Source: Trypanosoma brucei
Lineage: Eukaryota
NCBI GenBank assembly: GCA_000002445.1
Contig: CP000070.1
Span: 64,001 to 128,000, forward strand
DNA length: 64,000 nucleotides
Direction: 5' to 3'
The position numbers were made by a program, and so were the translations under genes. Shown here in pieces: positions 34,392 to 46,316 of the stretch (its first letter is position 1; each line of letters begins with the position of its first letter). The notes under the pieces are model-generated. The model searched no databases and had not been told where the DNA came from. It was given only the letters and a program-made list of their open reading frames with translations.

Positions 34392-35075
34392 TCCCCACCA
34401 GGCAAACAGTCAACTAACTAACTAACCAACCCCAGTTGCGTCCCTCGGTTCCACCAATTGCGTGCAAACCTATTACCAACGTTTGTTTTAACGTGCTCGA
34501 TCCTCACCCTACTACAATGTAAACAATAATAACAACGTCCGGGGAATGGAAACATCAATGTACGCAGGTAAAAATAGGCAATAACAATAACAATAAAAAA
34601 GAGATTTATGCGAGTTAGTGAGACAAAGACCCCATTCCACGTTACTTCCACTGCCACACGTACGGCATACAACCTGCACCGATATCAGCCCCCGCACACA
34701 CGCAGTTAAAATAACAACAGGAAAAAAAAGCGTGAATGGCCATAACAGTCATGGGTTAGGGCACGGCAGTTGCTCTCTCCGGCACGACAATAGACGGTGT
34801 GAGAATAGCCCAACTTCACCCAACAAAAGACAAACAAATTCAACTTTAGAGGGCCCCACCATTTCCCCCTCTTTAAGAGGTTAACGATATTAAATATTGA
34901 AACCGAGACCCGTAAGCAATAAAATAAACGAGCAAATAGAAGATAGCGCAATGTTATTACGATGTGGTCATTCTTCCCTTCTACCTTCCCCGTGTGCGTA
35001 TTTAAATGATTCCCCAAAGTCACTAAGCGGCAGCACTTGTGCCTGTGCAATCATCACCACCTTCATCCAACTCCG

Positions 35076-36146
35076 CTACCCGCCACTGTTCAAAGCAGAG
35101 AGCGGCCCATTTTCATCAAGCACATCAACTTTTGTAAGTTCAACACCGAAACATTCCATGAGCCGCCCCTCAAGCTCACTTCTGCGCTTTTTCCACGTAG
35201 AGGTAATGCGACAAAGTTTACGGTTGGGTGACTCGATTCGAGCCGCAAGTAACTCACCATCTATACGCTGCACTTCCCCTTCAGGGGCGAATGTGGCTTC
35301 CTTCGCCGCAGTGTTGTTAGCATCGAGAAGACGTTTAAGATCTATATGAAACGTACAAGCCCAATCAACCTCAAAACGGGGATGCGTGCTTCGCTCACTC
35401 TGCCCAACGTAGTGACGGAGAGTGTGCATATGTCGCAAAACTAAAATTTCATCACTGCTGTTTCTCTCCTTTCCACACGCACCTCCCTCGGTATAGACAT
35501 AAACTGCCCATGAAACATCTTGCATATGTTTGCACCATGAGAAACGGAGCGCATCAGTAACATGCTGTGTTGAAAAGAAAGCAACAGACTGCACCATGTA
35601 TTGCATCAAGCGCAACGCTTTGCTGTGAACTGTGTATTTGGGTGCATATCCGCCACCGCCGTTTTGGATATTTGTGACCGCATCCGTCTCGCCGCCCGCG
35701 CCACCATTTTCGGTATTTGCTTCAGTGGCACGCATCATGCCACTTTCAAGCAGCACAGTCATGAGAAGCGATGATGAGTCAGGGATGTCTTTTTGCTGCT
35801 TTTCCCATTCAGACTTTATGACGCTTGAGTCTTCCCCACACAACTCTACAAGTAACTCCAGGGATTCGCGAACGCGCTCATTTCTGTCCGAAAAATACTT
35901 GCTTTCGTCTTCCTTATCTTTCAGCACCAATACACTCACATGGTCCTGCTTTTCCCGATAGTAATTATTTCTGTTTGGGGCTGCCACATATACTTGCGTT
36001 CTGGGGAAGTCTCGCGTGACACCTGTGGGATCCTTTCCAATGTCTCCAAGAAGTCGCCCCCTCCAGGATTCCTTTTTTTCATCCATTAATCCAACGAAAC
36101 TGCAACGCACATCCGTTGAGCTTTCGGTTGAACATCCGCTTCCCAT
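35076..36146 (-). CDS. Hypothetical protein with a predicted N-myristoylation and palmitoylation signal (MGSGCS).
   Basis: 356-aa ORF. Gly2 followed by Cys5 gives an N-terminal dual acylation consensus. Gly-rich central segment. Confidence 0.45.
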   Translation of the reverse strand: MGSGCSTESSTDVRCSFVGLMDEKKESWRGRLLGDIGKDPTGVTRDFPRTQVYVAAPNRNNYYREKQDHVSVLVLKDKEDESKYFSDRNERVRESLELLVELCGEDSSVIKSEWEKQQKDIPDSSSLLMTVLLESGMMRATEANTENGGAGGETDAVTNIQNGGGGYAPKYTVHSKALRLMQYMVQSVAFFSTQHVTDALRFSWCKHMQDVSWAVYVYTEGGACGKERNSSDEILVLRHMHTLRHYVGQSERSTHPRFEVDWACTFHIDLKRLLDANNTAAKEATFAPEGEVQRIDGELLAARIESPNRKLCRITSTWKKRRSELEGRLMECFGVELTKVDVLDENGPLSALNSGG

Positions 36147-38081
36147 CGTAACCCTTTCAATACATCAACGAACGAACAAAAAAAAAAAAAGAGGATTCGG
36201 AGAAGACAAGAAGGAAAAAGGTAAGGAATAAAGTGACAAACCAACGTTTGCAAAACAAGTGCTCCTTCCCGTAGACACCCACGCACACAAACACACACAT
36301 GACTGACATGTGCAGCGGTGTTTGCCCCACAATCACGGGTAAAGTTCTTTTTTCCCCCTTTCTTTTCAACACGGATGCAATGTTAGCAAATCATGTTAAA
36401 ACTAAACAAATTGACATATATTTATATATTTATATATTTATTTATATTTATTTATTAAAGGAGGAACATGTACCGTATCGAGTAGAATGTGGTGGAAGGA
36501 AACGAAGTAGGAGGTGGAAGGTGGTGCCAAAAGAAAAACAACAGGCTACATGGAAACTGGCGCGGGACATAAATTAATCAAACATGAGAAGGAAGGAAAA
36601 TATTGTGGAAAACCAGGCAAAAAAAAATCTTTTTGTGGGCACGTGAGTGCGTTATTTACAAACATGTGGTGCTCGTGTCGAAAAGACAAAAACAAAAAGA
36701 AATTAAACAAAAAAACAAAAAAACAATACTAGTTATAATAGTAACAACATTTGTAACGGTAATAACCGAACATATTCTCTACAGGTTAAAGGGTGGAAAA
36801 AAGAGAGAGAGAGAACGTCGCACAGGAGTGAAAAAACAAAAAAAAAACAACTCGATCCGAAATTCACACAAGCAACAATGATAATAATAAAACATAATAA
36901 AAAAAAACAATATTAACTCAAAACGTTTTCGCATTCACCACCACCAAAACCGCCCTCTTTTCCTCGCTCCTTTTCCTCCTCTCGTCACATTATTGTAAAC
37001 GCCGTGAAATCAAACGCATTAAAATACGCGTAGGGGAGTTACATTCACCACCGTATGAACCGGCAGATATAAATAAAAACATATATATATATATATATAT
37101 GTTTTTATATATATTCATAAATATGTGTGTAAACATACAAACCAGTTACATTTCCAACGCCACACGTCCCAAAGCAATGCAACGGAGACAAAATGTGCAG
37201 AGGTGTCGTTGAGGCAGGGAAATATAAACTCAACACAAGTGAAAACAAGAAAAAAAAATCCGTAAACAACATGCTCAGCAGATAGCAAAGAGGACGAAAA
37301 TGAGCAACACAAATTAGAGGGAGGGGAGGAAGGAAAAAAAAAAGGGAAAACCGCGGAAGCTTATCTTACTTACTTACTTACCCCTTTTTTTTCCATCGGA
37401 TCATACAAAAGGAGCGTTTCAGCCGCCTCTTTTTTCCTTTTTGCTGCTTTGTTTCTCTCATGTAGAAGCTCAGTGCATTTAAGACAAAGAAAAAAGAATG
37501 CGAAAGGATGCATGTACGCATGCTTGTATGTGTGTGTGTGTGTGATTACGTAGCACCGATTCTATATGTCTCGTGGTCGCAAATGAGGAAGTAAACTTCA
37601 AACAATAACAAAAATAAAATAAAATAGAAATCCTAAACGAATAAAAGAAATTGATAGGAGACAGTATGATAACGAAAATGACAAAAATACAGTCCAACCA
37701 AACCAAAGAAGAAAAAAAAAAGAAAGTTTATACACCTTCGTGCCCCTTTTAAACATGTGAAAAAAGCCATTAGCCTCGTGTAACTAATGGTGCCTTCATG
37801 TAAGGGTTCACATTTATTGTGCCTCAACGGACCCGGAGTGCAATGAATACTCAAAATGTGCGCGCAACATTCGAAAAAAAAAATGAGACAACTGGTTCAG
37901 TACTACGTAATCCCGTGGTAGCTATCCACGATAGGGGTGAAAACTGGAAACAAAAAAGAAAACTATTAAAGTATCCAGATTTCAGTACAAAAAAAAAAAG
38001 AATGGGGAAAGGAATTAGAGTCGATGTAAGTCACCACCTCACTAATGGAACGTACCCACAACACACAACATATTACTTCCC

Positions 38082-38630
38082 TTAGCCGGGGCCTTTTTCT
38101 TTTTCTTTCTCCCTTTCTCCCCTCTCCTCATCCTCAGGTTTAACTAAACCCACAGCAAAGGGTTGAAGCATGCTTTCACATGATACCCATCGATGGTAAT
38201 AGTTGAATAGCTCCGTTGCGTCTCTCCCACCACAAAGCTGAAGCATCCGCTCCCCTCCCGGGTGAAAATGCTGAAACTTTGTGCAGTCATACACCACGGA
38301 ACCTATAACTATCCATAGATCATCAGGTGTGTTGTGTCTCCTGATTTCACTTATACTAAGGTACGGTAACTTTTTTTCATTAGTCTCCCGTTTCATCTTC
38401 CTCCATATGCTCTGCAATATTCCACCCCAGTCAACCATTGAGAAACCGGCTCTACATGAACTCTTCGCGCGCAACATAACATCCAACGTCTCACGGGTGA
38501 CTTCCATCCGAAACGGCTCATCATCCGCTGAACGCCCAGCCGTGGATGGATTTTGTGAAAACGCCTCCTTTTCTGAATCAGTGCTGAGCTCGTTGGGTGA
38601 TTCGGGGTTTCCTCCGTCAGGCAAAGACAT
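38082..38630 (-). CDS. Cytochrome b5-like heme-binding domain protein.
   Basis: 182-aa ORF. Motifs HNTPDDLWIVIGSVVYDCTKFQHFHPGGERMLQLCGGRDATELF, with the HPGG heme-ligand signature. Confidence 0.65.
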   Translation of the reverse strand: MSLPDGGNPESPNELSTDSEKEAFSQNPSTAGRSADDEPFRMEVTRETLDVMLRAKSSCRAGFSMVDWGGILQSIWRKMKRETNEKKLPYLSISEIRRHNTPDDLWIVIGSVVYDCTKFQHFHPGGERMLQLCGGRDATELFNYYHRWVSCESMLQPFAVGLVKPEDEERGEREKEKEKGPG

Positions 38631-39326
38631 GGGTTAAGCGTTGAACCTCTGCACTGCTAAACCTGAACGACCAGGCAATTATATTAAACGCTTCTTGTGT
38701 TAAAATTAAAACGAGATGTAGGGGTATTTAATTATTTAATTATGTACTCGACCCCACTCGAGCAGCGGGTGTGGGCGTTACCGTTCTTACTATAAGTTTC
38801 CAACTTCTACAGGAATGAACACGTCTAATTGAGTACGCAAAGGAATAAAAGACTGGGAACTTGGCCTAGGGAGAGGACGACCAAAAACAGGAACATAACA
38901 GATCCGCAAAGAACGAATGAAATAGGAAGGAAACAGGAAGGAAAAGGGGTTGATTTCGCAAAAGTAACAAGTGGACTCCACTGGAGGGATACGAGTTGAC
39001 GACAATCAACCATACACAAAAATGACTGTACAGATGCTCCTTGCAAAGTAGAAACAATGAGTGAGGCAAGCGGCTAGTCTCAAAACTACGCACGTATATA
39101 AATATATGTATGTGCGTGTTCGTACATGGCCAACAAGTAAAAAATATATATAATACCAAAAGGCAAACAGCCACACAAGTCATGGATACCGTGCGGCGAA
39201 GAAGGTGAGCAGGCGGCAACGGTAGCAAAAAAAAAAAAGGAAAAAAGAAGGTAAAGTAAAACACAAGCACCACAAAGCAAACATCCCATAAACCACCCCA
39301 ATGTGAAAGAAATCAACTTACGCCAC

Positions 39327-42300
39327 TCAACTTTCACTACTAGCTGGCTTACGGCCAAACAGCCGGTCCCGTTGCTGCACAATCACTTCTAGATTGGGAG
39401 CTTCATCTATTGTGAACTCTTGTGGACACTTAAATGGTTCGGGCCGCCAACGTCGCTCAGTGCCCAACACAACCCGGTCAGCATCGGGAACAACAGGGGG
39501 AACGAAGGAACATGCGAAGGGCACGTGATTAAGTTCTTCCGGCAGACGTGTTGAACTGCCAGTCCCCGAAAGGGCAGCGATGCCACCATACTTTGGAACT
39601 CGTCGTATTGCCCAGTCACTCCATACAATGCGGTCGTCCATACCAGAGGGTGGACACGCAGGCACAGGAGGCAGCAAATCTTTGCGAGTGTAACGTGAAG
39701 GAACTACGCTCTCTGTTGAGTCATCATCATCACCCAGAGGAGGGGAACCCAAGGGAAGCCTTTCCGCACATCTATCTACAATGCGGGAAAAGACACTTGT
39801 CTCTGTGATAACTGGCTTTTGTGGAGGCGCTGATTTCACTTCAGTCTTTTTCTTGAAATCATCCAGCGCAGGGAATGGCGGTGGGGGTGGAGGAATGGCA
39901 GGTCTGAAGTTCGCCGCTCGGACAGCAGCTGCATTGTCGTTCCCACCATCCAGCATTGAAAACAGGTTTGGTGCCCTGATATGTGGCGGGCGTGGAAGGG
40001 TGAAACTTTCGATAGGCTCTGTATTCAGTGGAACAGCGAGACCAATAACAGTTGACGTTACTTCCCACCAAAGTTTAAACGCCTCAACTTCAGCGTCTGG
40101 AGATGCGGGCAACTTCCGTAGTTCGTCAACAGGTGGTAAAGCCGCACACCCGTGTAATGCAAAAGAAGGCCCCTTTCCCATCCCATCTGTCGAGGGGTCA
40201 CAATCCAAAATGGGTCTACCGGCCATGTTTGTAACGATAACAGACCCATCTGCACGGCGGAATAAACCACGTGATACCCACTGACCCTGTGACCAGCAGC
40301 CGGCATACACTTCTCGATTTCTGCCGTAGCGCCTTATTGCAAGCATGCGGCCGCACTTCAACCTCTGGAAGCAGCGATCACACACGCGCTGCTGTCCGTC
40401 CATTTTGAAATGTGGGGGCATAGAGGCACGCGACTGTGAGCAAGCATCGCAAAAAACCTCACCACAAAGACGACAATGATGACGCCGAATGAAAAAGGTA
40501 AATGTAGCACTGCAGAGAGAACAGTGCGATGCCTTGTCGTCGTTCACCATTACAGGTAACATGAAGCAGTCGTCCCGCTCGTTTCCGTTGGCATATGTAG
40601 TTTCATACACAGATTCCGTGGCTGCATCATGAATTGCCACAGAACCACATAAAACACCATTACGCCATTCACCCACAACTGCACATTCACCTGAAAATAA
40701 CTCAAACCCATGACCATGTTGTTTACCGGCGACGAAGTTACCATAATAGACGCTACCTCCAAGAAGCAATTTCCCCATGCCTTCGATACGACCCGACGTG
40801 AACTCACCGCTGTACAAAAATCCGTCATCGTCCTGTAAAATCCCTGAACCGTGCCACACACCATGTTTCCACTCACCATTGTAGCGAGACTTTCCATCTT
40901 TACCACAACCGTATGACTGTCCACGGCCATGTTGACGACCCTTGGAGTCCAACTCTCCATGATATTTGATTGTCTTGAGGGCTCCGTTCTCCCACGTACC
41001 GGCGTAAGCAGTACCATCCGAGCAGCTGTACGCACCTTCACCGTGCCACTTGTCATCTGCAAACCCCCCAGTGTAGGTTTCACCGTTCCAAAGAATCTGC
41101 GTACCGAAACCATGCCTTCGACCCTCCTTGAACCCTCCTAGGTAGTATTCATTTTTTCCCCACCAAAGGGAACCGAAAATGTGTGGGATGGCGGAGGAAA
41201 TGTAACCCTCATAAATAATATACTCATCCTCCTTCGTTTGTGCCCGTGGGTCACAGGTCCCCTGCTCCGTGCCGGTAGTGCACCACAAATCTGGATTCAC
41301 ACTTTCTTCCTTGCCTTCTGGTGTGCTTGGAACTGGAGTTTTCCCATCTTCATCTTCACCACCACCAACAGCACCCGTTTCTTCACCCTCCTGTGAGGCA
41401 CAGTTACAATACCGCATGGGAAGCCAAAGTGTGATGAATTGGGCTTCGAGTTGCAACGTACTAATACAAGTTGTACATGCCTGTAACTGCGATGGAGAGT
41501 TAACTACAGCAGGTGCTTCTGCTTCACTGTCGCCAATAGGCGTTGCCTTACACTGTCGCATCAAAGCCTCCAGCTTCGGGTGATCGCGCAGGTCCAAAGT
41601 GTTGTAACAGGAGTTGCAGCAAACCCGATCACAAATAGCACATTTTAGTTCCTTACGAAAAAATGTGAAGGGTTTCTCGCACACGGCGCAGACTTTGCCA
41701 GTACCGCTTTCTGAGAGAGGTGCTTCACTAATATTTTTTTCGGCGTTCTGCTTTAGAATTTCCCCGTGGTACGGAGCATTAGCTCGATGAGGGAAAACGA
41801 GTTTTGGGTGGCTCTGCACCCAATCGGCACGCATACAGACTCCGGAGTTAAATAGGACAACCCCACTGCCCTCTTGCAGTCCAAGACACATCGTTACAGG
41901 TGGTTTCCCAATAACTACATCGTTCTGCTTTTTCTTCTTTACCTTTGCGACTACGGCAGTGACGTCTGGGGCACTAATGGCAGCTGCTGCACATTGAGCC
42001 ACAAGTAACTGGCATGACGAATAGGGAACGACGGTCGGCCTCCATTCACCACGAAGCAGATAATGCTCATGGCAAACAGTGGTCAGAACTTCACATTCCT
42101 TTTCCCCCTTTAAAGGTTCGTTGCGAAAGAAGCTCGTGAAGAGGGACATCAATGTGTTCGAGCCATCCCTCTGCTCCTCCTTCTGTGACTCAACCTGGTG
42201 TGCCGTATTGGCTGTAGCCAAACATTCCTCGGCAGGGTTGGTGACATTTTTCGTGCTGACGGCGTGGTAGAGCCCAACACCAATAGGAGAATCCAAGCGC

Positions 42301-44015
42301 CAGTCACCAGAAAAGTATGAACCGTCTGTGAACCACATACGACCACCAGGTCCATTGCGAAAACCGTCTTTGAAGCTCCCCACGTATAAATCACCGGATG
42401 GGAACTCCCACGAGCCGGAGTCGCACGAAAGTGTGTCATTTATCCAGTTGCCTATCAGGACGTGACCACACAACCGCAGGACTCCGGGCCCATGACGCAC
42501 GCCCTGGCAAAATACGCCAAAGTGCTCCAACAAAGGAGATGTAGTGACATCCCCAGAAGGGGCTCCATCTCCACTCTTACCAGAGTTACCACCTGCCGGC
42601 AAACTACCGGGAATGCCACCACCTTTACTACCCTTACCCTTATGCGCCAGCAAGTTGCGGAAGACTAAACTTCCAACACCATTGAAACTGACACCATCCC
42701 ATTCACCATCGTAGCCATCGACAAGAACGTCGTTGCGCCAGATTCCCGCCTGAATGGAGCCGTTCTTTCGTTGAAGGATTCCCTCACCCTCCCGGACGTC
42801 GTTAACAAAATTACCGCTATACTCCGAGCCATCGGCATACCGTAAATTTCCGCCCCCGTGACGCATGTTTTTCACGAACGAACCAAAGAAGAAATCACCG
42901 TTTTCGTACCAAACGAGGCCGCGCCCCTGCCGCATCTCACCAACCCACTCTCCCTGGTAGCATATTCCACCGTCGGCGGGCACCCGGTGCCAAAACATTG
43001 TTCCGTGCTTCCGCTCCCCGTTTTCGAAAACGCCCACAAACGTGGACACACCCGGGTACTTCACCACACCTTTGCCGTGTATGAGACCTTGCACAAAGTC
43101 TCCCTCTACAATCGCACCAAGTTTATGCAAGGTTGACTTACCTTCACCATGGCGTAGTCCACCTTTCCACATTCCTTCGTATATGTCACCATTCTTGTAG
43201 CGCATAGTGCCGCGCCCCTCGATCTTATCGTTACTGAAGTTGCCAAAGTATTCATCTCCATTGGGGTAACGCATGCAGCCTTCACCGTCACGCTTACCGC
43301 GCACCAACATCCCCTTAAACTCCCCACCATCCACATAACTAACCTTTCCGCCTCCATGCCGCTCATCCTTCAACCATTCACCGTCGTACACCTCGCCACT
43401 CGCACACTCAAGGCGCCCACGTCCGTGACGAGAATTCGAATTGAACTCCCCCTTGTAAACGTCTCCGTTAGCGTATCGCAAAATACCACGTCCGTGCCGG
43501 TGATAAGTGTGATGAAAATCCCCTTCATACTCCTTTGGTGGGTGGGTGAGTTCGTACTGTGAAACAGGAACAACACCGCGTTTGGATACTTCTCCCGGCC
43601 TGCGCTTATAAGTTATTTTTCCGCGACCGCACATCCTGCCACTGTTGAACTCACCCTCATATGTAAAACGGGTTGTATTAAGTACACCCTCTCCATGAAA
43701 AGCGCCGTTAGCCCAACGCCCCCCATACCGGTCCCCGCTGCCATATATGGATGAAGTATCCTTGAAGATAACAATTCCAAGACCGTGTGGTTTGTCGAGC
43801 AGCATGTCACCATAATATTCACTTCCATCCGGCAGTGTGTGGGGTGACAGGTTTTCTTGTTTTGCCGGATCAAACTCGGTTACCTTCTGAAGAGTCACTG
43901 GTAGGGTGAGGACAGGGGAGGCGTTAAAAAAAGCTGGCGGAGCAGGTGTGGGGTACTCGTTCCGTGTTAAAATCTCGGAATTATTACTACTACTATTGTT
44001 ATTGTTATCGGGCAT
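39327..44015 (-). CDS. FYVE zinc-finger and MORN-repeat giant protein.
   Basis: 1562-aa ORF. Two MORN blocks contain over 20 repeats (YEGEW/F..G..HG.G). FYVE-like Cys clusters CAVCEKPFTFFRKELKCAICDRVCCNSC and CSLCSATFTFFIRRHHCRLCGEVFCDAC lie between them. Confidence 0.7.
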   Translation of the reverse strand: MPDNNNNSSSNNSEILTRNEYPTPAPPAFFNASPVLTLPVTLQKVTEFDPAKQENLSPHTLPDGSEYYGDMLLDKPHGLGIVIFKDTSSIYGSGDRYGGRWANGAFHGEGVLNTTRFTYEGEFNSGRMCGRGKITYKRRPGEVSKRGVVPVSQYELTHPPKEYEGDFHHTYHRHGRGILRYANGDVYKGEFNSNSRHGRGRLECASGEVYDGEWLKDERHGGGKVSYVDGGEFKGMLVRGKRDGEGCMRYPNGDEYFGNFSNDKIEGRGTMRYKNGDIYEGMWKGGLRHGEGKSTLHKLGAIVEGDFVQGLIHGKGVVKYPGVSTFVGVFENGERKHGTMFWHRVPADGGICYQGEWVGEMRQGRGLVWYENGDFFFGSFVKNMRHGGGNLRYADGSEYSGNFVNDVREGEGILQRKNGSIQAGIWRNDVLVDGYDGEWDGVSFNGVGSLVFRNLLAHKGKGSKGGGIPGSLPAGGNSGKSGDGAPSGDVTTSPLLEHFGVFCQGVRHGPGVLRLCGHVLIGNWINDTLSCDSGSWEFPSGDLYVGSFKDGFRNGPGGRMWFTDGSYFSGDWRLDSPIGVGLYHAVSTKNVTNPAEECLATANTAHQVESQKEEQRDGSNTLMSLFTSFFRNEPLKGEKECEVLTTVCHEHYLLRGEWRPTVVPYSSCQLLVAQCAAAAISAPDVTAVVAKVKKKKQNDVVIGKPPVTMCLGLQEGSGVVLFNSGVCMRADWVQSHPKLVFPHRANAPYHGEILKQNAEKNISEAPLSESGTGKVCAVCEKPFTFFRKELKCAICDRVCCNSCYNTLDLRDHPKLEALMRQCKATPIGDSEAEAPAVVNSPSQLQACTTCISTLQLEAQFITLWLPMRYCNCASQEGEETGAVGGGEDEDGKTPVPSTPEGKEESVNPDLWCTTGTEQGTCDPRAQTKEDEYIIYEGYISSAIPHIFGSLWWGKNEYYLGGFKEGRRHGFGTQILWNGETYTGGFADDKWHGEGAYSCSDGTAYAGTWENGALKTIKYHGELDSKGRQHGRGQSYGCGKDGKSRYNGEWKHGVWHGSGILQDDDGFLYSGEFTSGRIEGMGKLLLGGSVYYGNFVAGKQHGHGFELFSGECAVVGEWRNGVLCGSVAIHDAATESVYETTYANGNERDDCFMLPVMVNDDKASHCSLCSATFTFFIRRHHCRLCGEVFCDACSQSRASMPPHFKMDGQQRVCDRCFQRLKCGRMLAIRRYGRNREVYAGCWSQGQWVSRGLFRRADGSVIVTNMAGRPILDCDPSTDGMGKGPSFALHGCAALPPVDELRKLPASPDAEVEAFKLWWEVTSTVIGLAVPLNTEPIESFTLPRPPHIRAPNLFSMLDGGNDNAAAVRAANFRPAIPPPPPPFPALDDFKKKTEVKSAPPQKPVITETSVFSRIVDRCAERLPLGSPPLGDDDDSTESVVPSRYTRKDLLPPVPACPPSGMDDRIVWSDWAIRRVPKYGGIAALSGTGSSTRLPEELNHVPFACSFVPPVVPDADRVVLGTERRWRPEPFKCPQEFTIDEAPNLEVIVQQRDRLFGRKPASSES

Positions 44016-44942
44016 AACCGCTCAATTTTCTTTTCCTCGCAGGCTTTCACAACACAAATGGAGGAAGAAGCTGAGGAGCATTTGGAGACGAAACATGTGA
44101 ATGAAGGGACAAATGTACAGACAATTTTGGAGAAAACCTTTTGCATATGTGTACTTGTCGGTTTTACATGAAGGCATGGGAATAACCAACACTGCTCAGC
44201 AGGAGCAGGTGGTTCAACACGTGTGTGTTTTGGGGCGGGGGGGGGGGGGGAGGGGGAAGATGAATCAACCCCACAAAGACGGAGAAAGAGACAGAGACAG
44301 AGATAGAAGCGGCCAATGGCAGCGACATTTCTTTTTTGGTTTCCCTTCTCTTTCCACCTCCTCAATTCTAGTCATCATTCCAACAAAGTATTTAAACGCT
44401 AAACCTTGAACACGTGCTGAGACAGCATTTCATAGGTTAACAAACGCATCCACATAAAATAACAATCCAACGTTACACGTACGTATTGATGTCACACTTC
44501 GACGATATCACCTTTACCTTTTTCTACTTTTCTTATTTTCTTTCCCTATATAATTTTTTTTGCGCGTGTGCGGACACAACTTGTTTCCTTCCCCACGACT
44601 TTCCCCCACTTCCGCGTACCCCCTTTTTTTTTACTTCTTTTTTTTCCTTCCTTCCTCCCTTCATACACCGAATAGGTTGCCGTCCCAACGGATGTACCTG
44701 CTGCAACCGTAGCAAACCCAATAAAGGCGGGCGGGGGGGGGGAGGGAGAGGACCCGAAACGCAAATAAAAAGCCTAGTAACTGCATTTTTTTAAAAAAAA
44801 TCGAAGTGTCACATTCATATAAATATATATATATATATATTTATAATTTTTTTCGTGCAATTCTCAATATAACTGATGCCCCTTTTTTTTTTCCACACAA
44901 CTTTTGTTGTTGTTTGCGTGGATTCGGGTACAACCATCTTAC

Positions 44943-46316
44943 TTACAGAAAACCAACATACCGCAATGGTCCTTTTCCAAGACCCGTTAACTCAAGAAAG
45001 GAAGAGTAATACTGCGCGTACGCAACAAATGATTTTACAACCAAAGATGCCACCGCAACCAACACGGTACTACCGTCGTGCGTTGACAACGGGAAATCGT
45101 TGAAACGACTAAATACCCCCGGAATTTGAATATTGGCACATGCCTGATCATATTTCCTACGCTTACTGTCCGTCCCTAACGTTTCGTATGCCTGGTTTAT
45201 TACTGCCATACGTTCCTGTGCCGCATTCTGAGCTTCCGCCTCCTTTGGCGCATGATCGGGGTGATTCTGAAGTGCTGCAGCGCGGTACGCCCGCTTAATG
45301 TCTTCAAGGCTCGCTGTGCGCTCCACTCCAAGCACTTCATAATAGTCAACAGTTGACAAGGTGGTGGGGTAAAAGAAACTGCCAGTATTCCAATCATCTT
45401 CACCATCATGTGCTGAAGATTCGGCGTTGGATCTGGCGTCATCGGCCCGTGCCTCCGCCTCAGTTGTTGGATGAAATCTCTCCAATTCTTGGAGCAACTT
45501 AACCCCCAACCTGCGACCCGATTTGCCAATGGCCGGTCCTAAAAGCAGAAGCAGTGTTCGTTCACACCAGAAAATACATCCAGAGCTGGGGTTACGAGAT
45601 ACCCGCCCACCAAACCAGGCCCCAACACTGCGTGCGCACACAATAAGCACTGAATGCGTAAGCGATTCAACTGTGGTAGACAAGTACCGTTTAACCATCG
45701 GCCACAGCGCATCCTTCTCATCGCGTGACCTGTAAAACAACACCGCCCAAGCTATTTGCTGAATGATGTGCTCAGTGATCTCACTGACCAGGCTACTGGC
45801 TACGACAGCCGTCGGTGTAGATGATGCGTAACTACTGTTGTAAAAGGAAATAGATTCACCGTAGTCGTTAACACCATCGGTACCGTCATCTCCCAAGGAA
45901 GGCAGGCCGACTATTGTATTCCTCACCCAGTTCCACAGGAACGACGGAACAAAAATCTTTGCCACGCTGCAAGGAAAGTGAGTGATCCAGCAATTAGTGA
46001 AACGGTAATGCTGAACGTAGGGGAAAGTGCAGTGAAGCACTGCGGCACGGTGAAGAAGTAAGGAGTTACTGCTAGTGAAATAGGCTACCACACACCATTC
46101 CACCACACGTTGGGATAGTTGCGCAATCACTATATTCACAGTGCGAGAAAACAATCCCAGCCCCTTACCACAGTTACTACCAGCTGTACCAATCGATCTG
46201 AAGATTGCCTTCAGCACATCGACGTTGAAGGCCGAACCGGCAAAATATTCGTAAAACAGCATTGGAATCAACCGGAAGCCATGCGGCACATCGGTTTTGG
46301 GATCTGCGGACGACAT
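44943..46316 (-). CDS. DnaJ (J-domain) protein.
   Basis: 457-aa ORF. Canonical J domain DYYEVLGVERTASLEDIKRAYRAAALQNHPDHAPKEAEAQ...YETLGTDSKRRKYD with an HPD tripeptide. Hydrophobic segments lie N-terminal of it. Confidence 0.65.
   Translation of the reverse strand: MSSADPKTDVPHGFRLIPMLFYEYFAGSAFNVDVLKAIFRSIGTAGSNCGKGLGLFSRTVNIVIAQLSQRVVEWCVVAYFTSSNSLLLHRAAVLHCTFPYVQHYRFTNCWITHFPCSVAKIFVPSFLWNWVRNTIVGLPSLGDDGTDGVNDYGESISFYNSSYASSTPTAVVASSLVSEITEHIIQQIAWAVLFYRSRDEKDALWPMVKRYLSTTVESLTHSVLIVCARSVGAWFGGRVSRNPSSGCIFWCERTLLLLLGPAIGKSGRRLGVKLLQELERFHPTTEAEARADDARSNAESSAHDGEDDWNTGSFFYPTTLSTVDYYEVLGVERTASLEDIKRAYRAAALQNHPDHAPKEAEAQNAAQERMAVINQAYETLGTDSKRRKYDQACANIQIPGVFSRFNDFPLSTHDGSTVLVAVASLVVKSFVAYAQYYSSFLELTGLGKGPLRYVGFL

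Noticed and set aside
44236-44260. Long G tracts (g12-13 at about 44236, g10 at about 44726) and the homopolymer tracts c10/c11 at about 47393 and c13 at about 53868, as possible telomeric or G4 elements.
   Set aside because: They are not TTAGGG telomere repeats. They are isolated homopolymer runs in intergenic UTR regions and at most local G4 or slippage sites.
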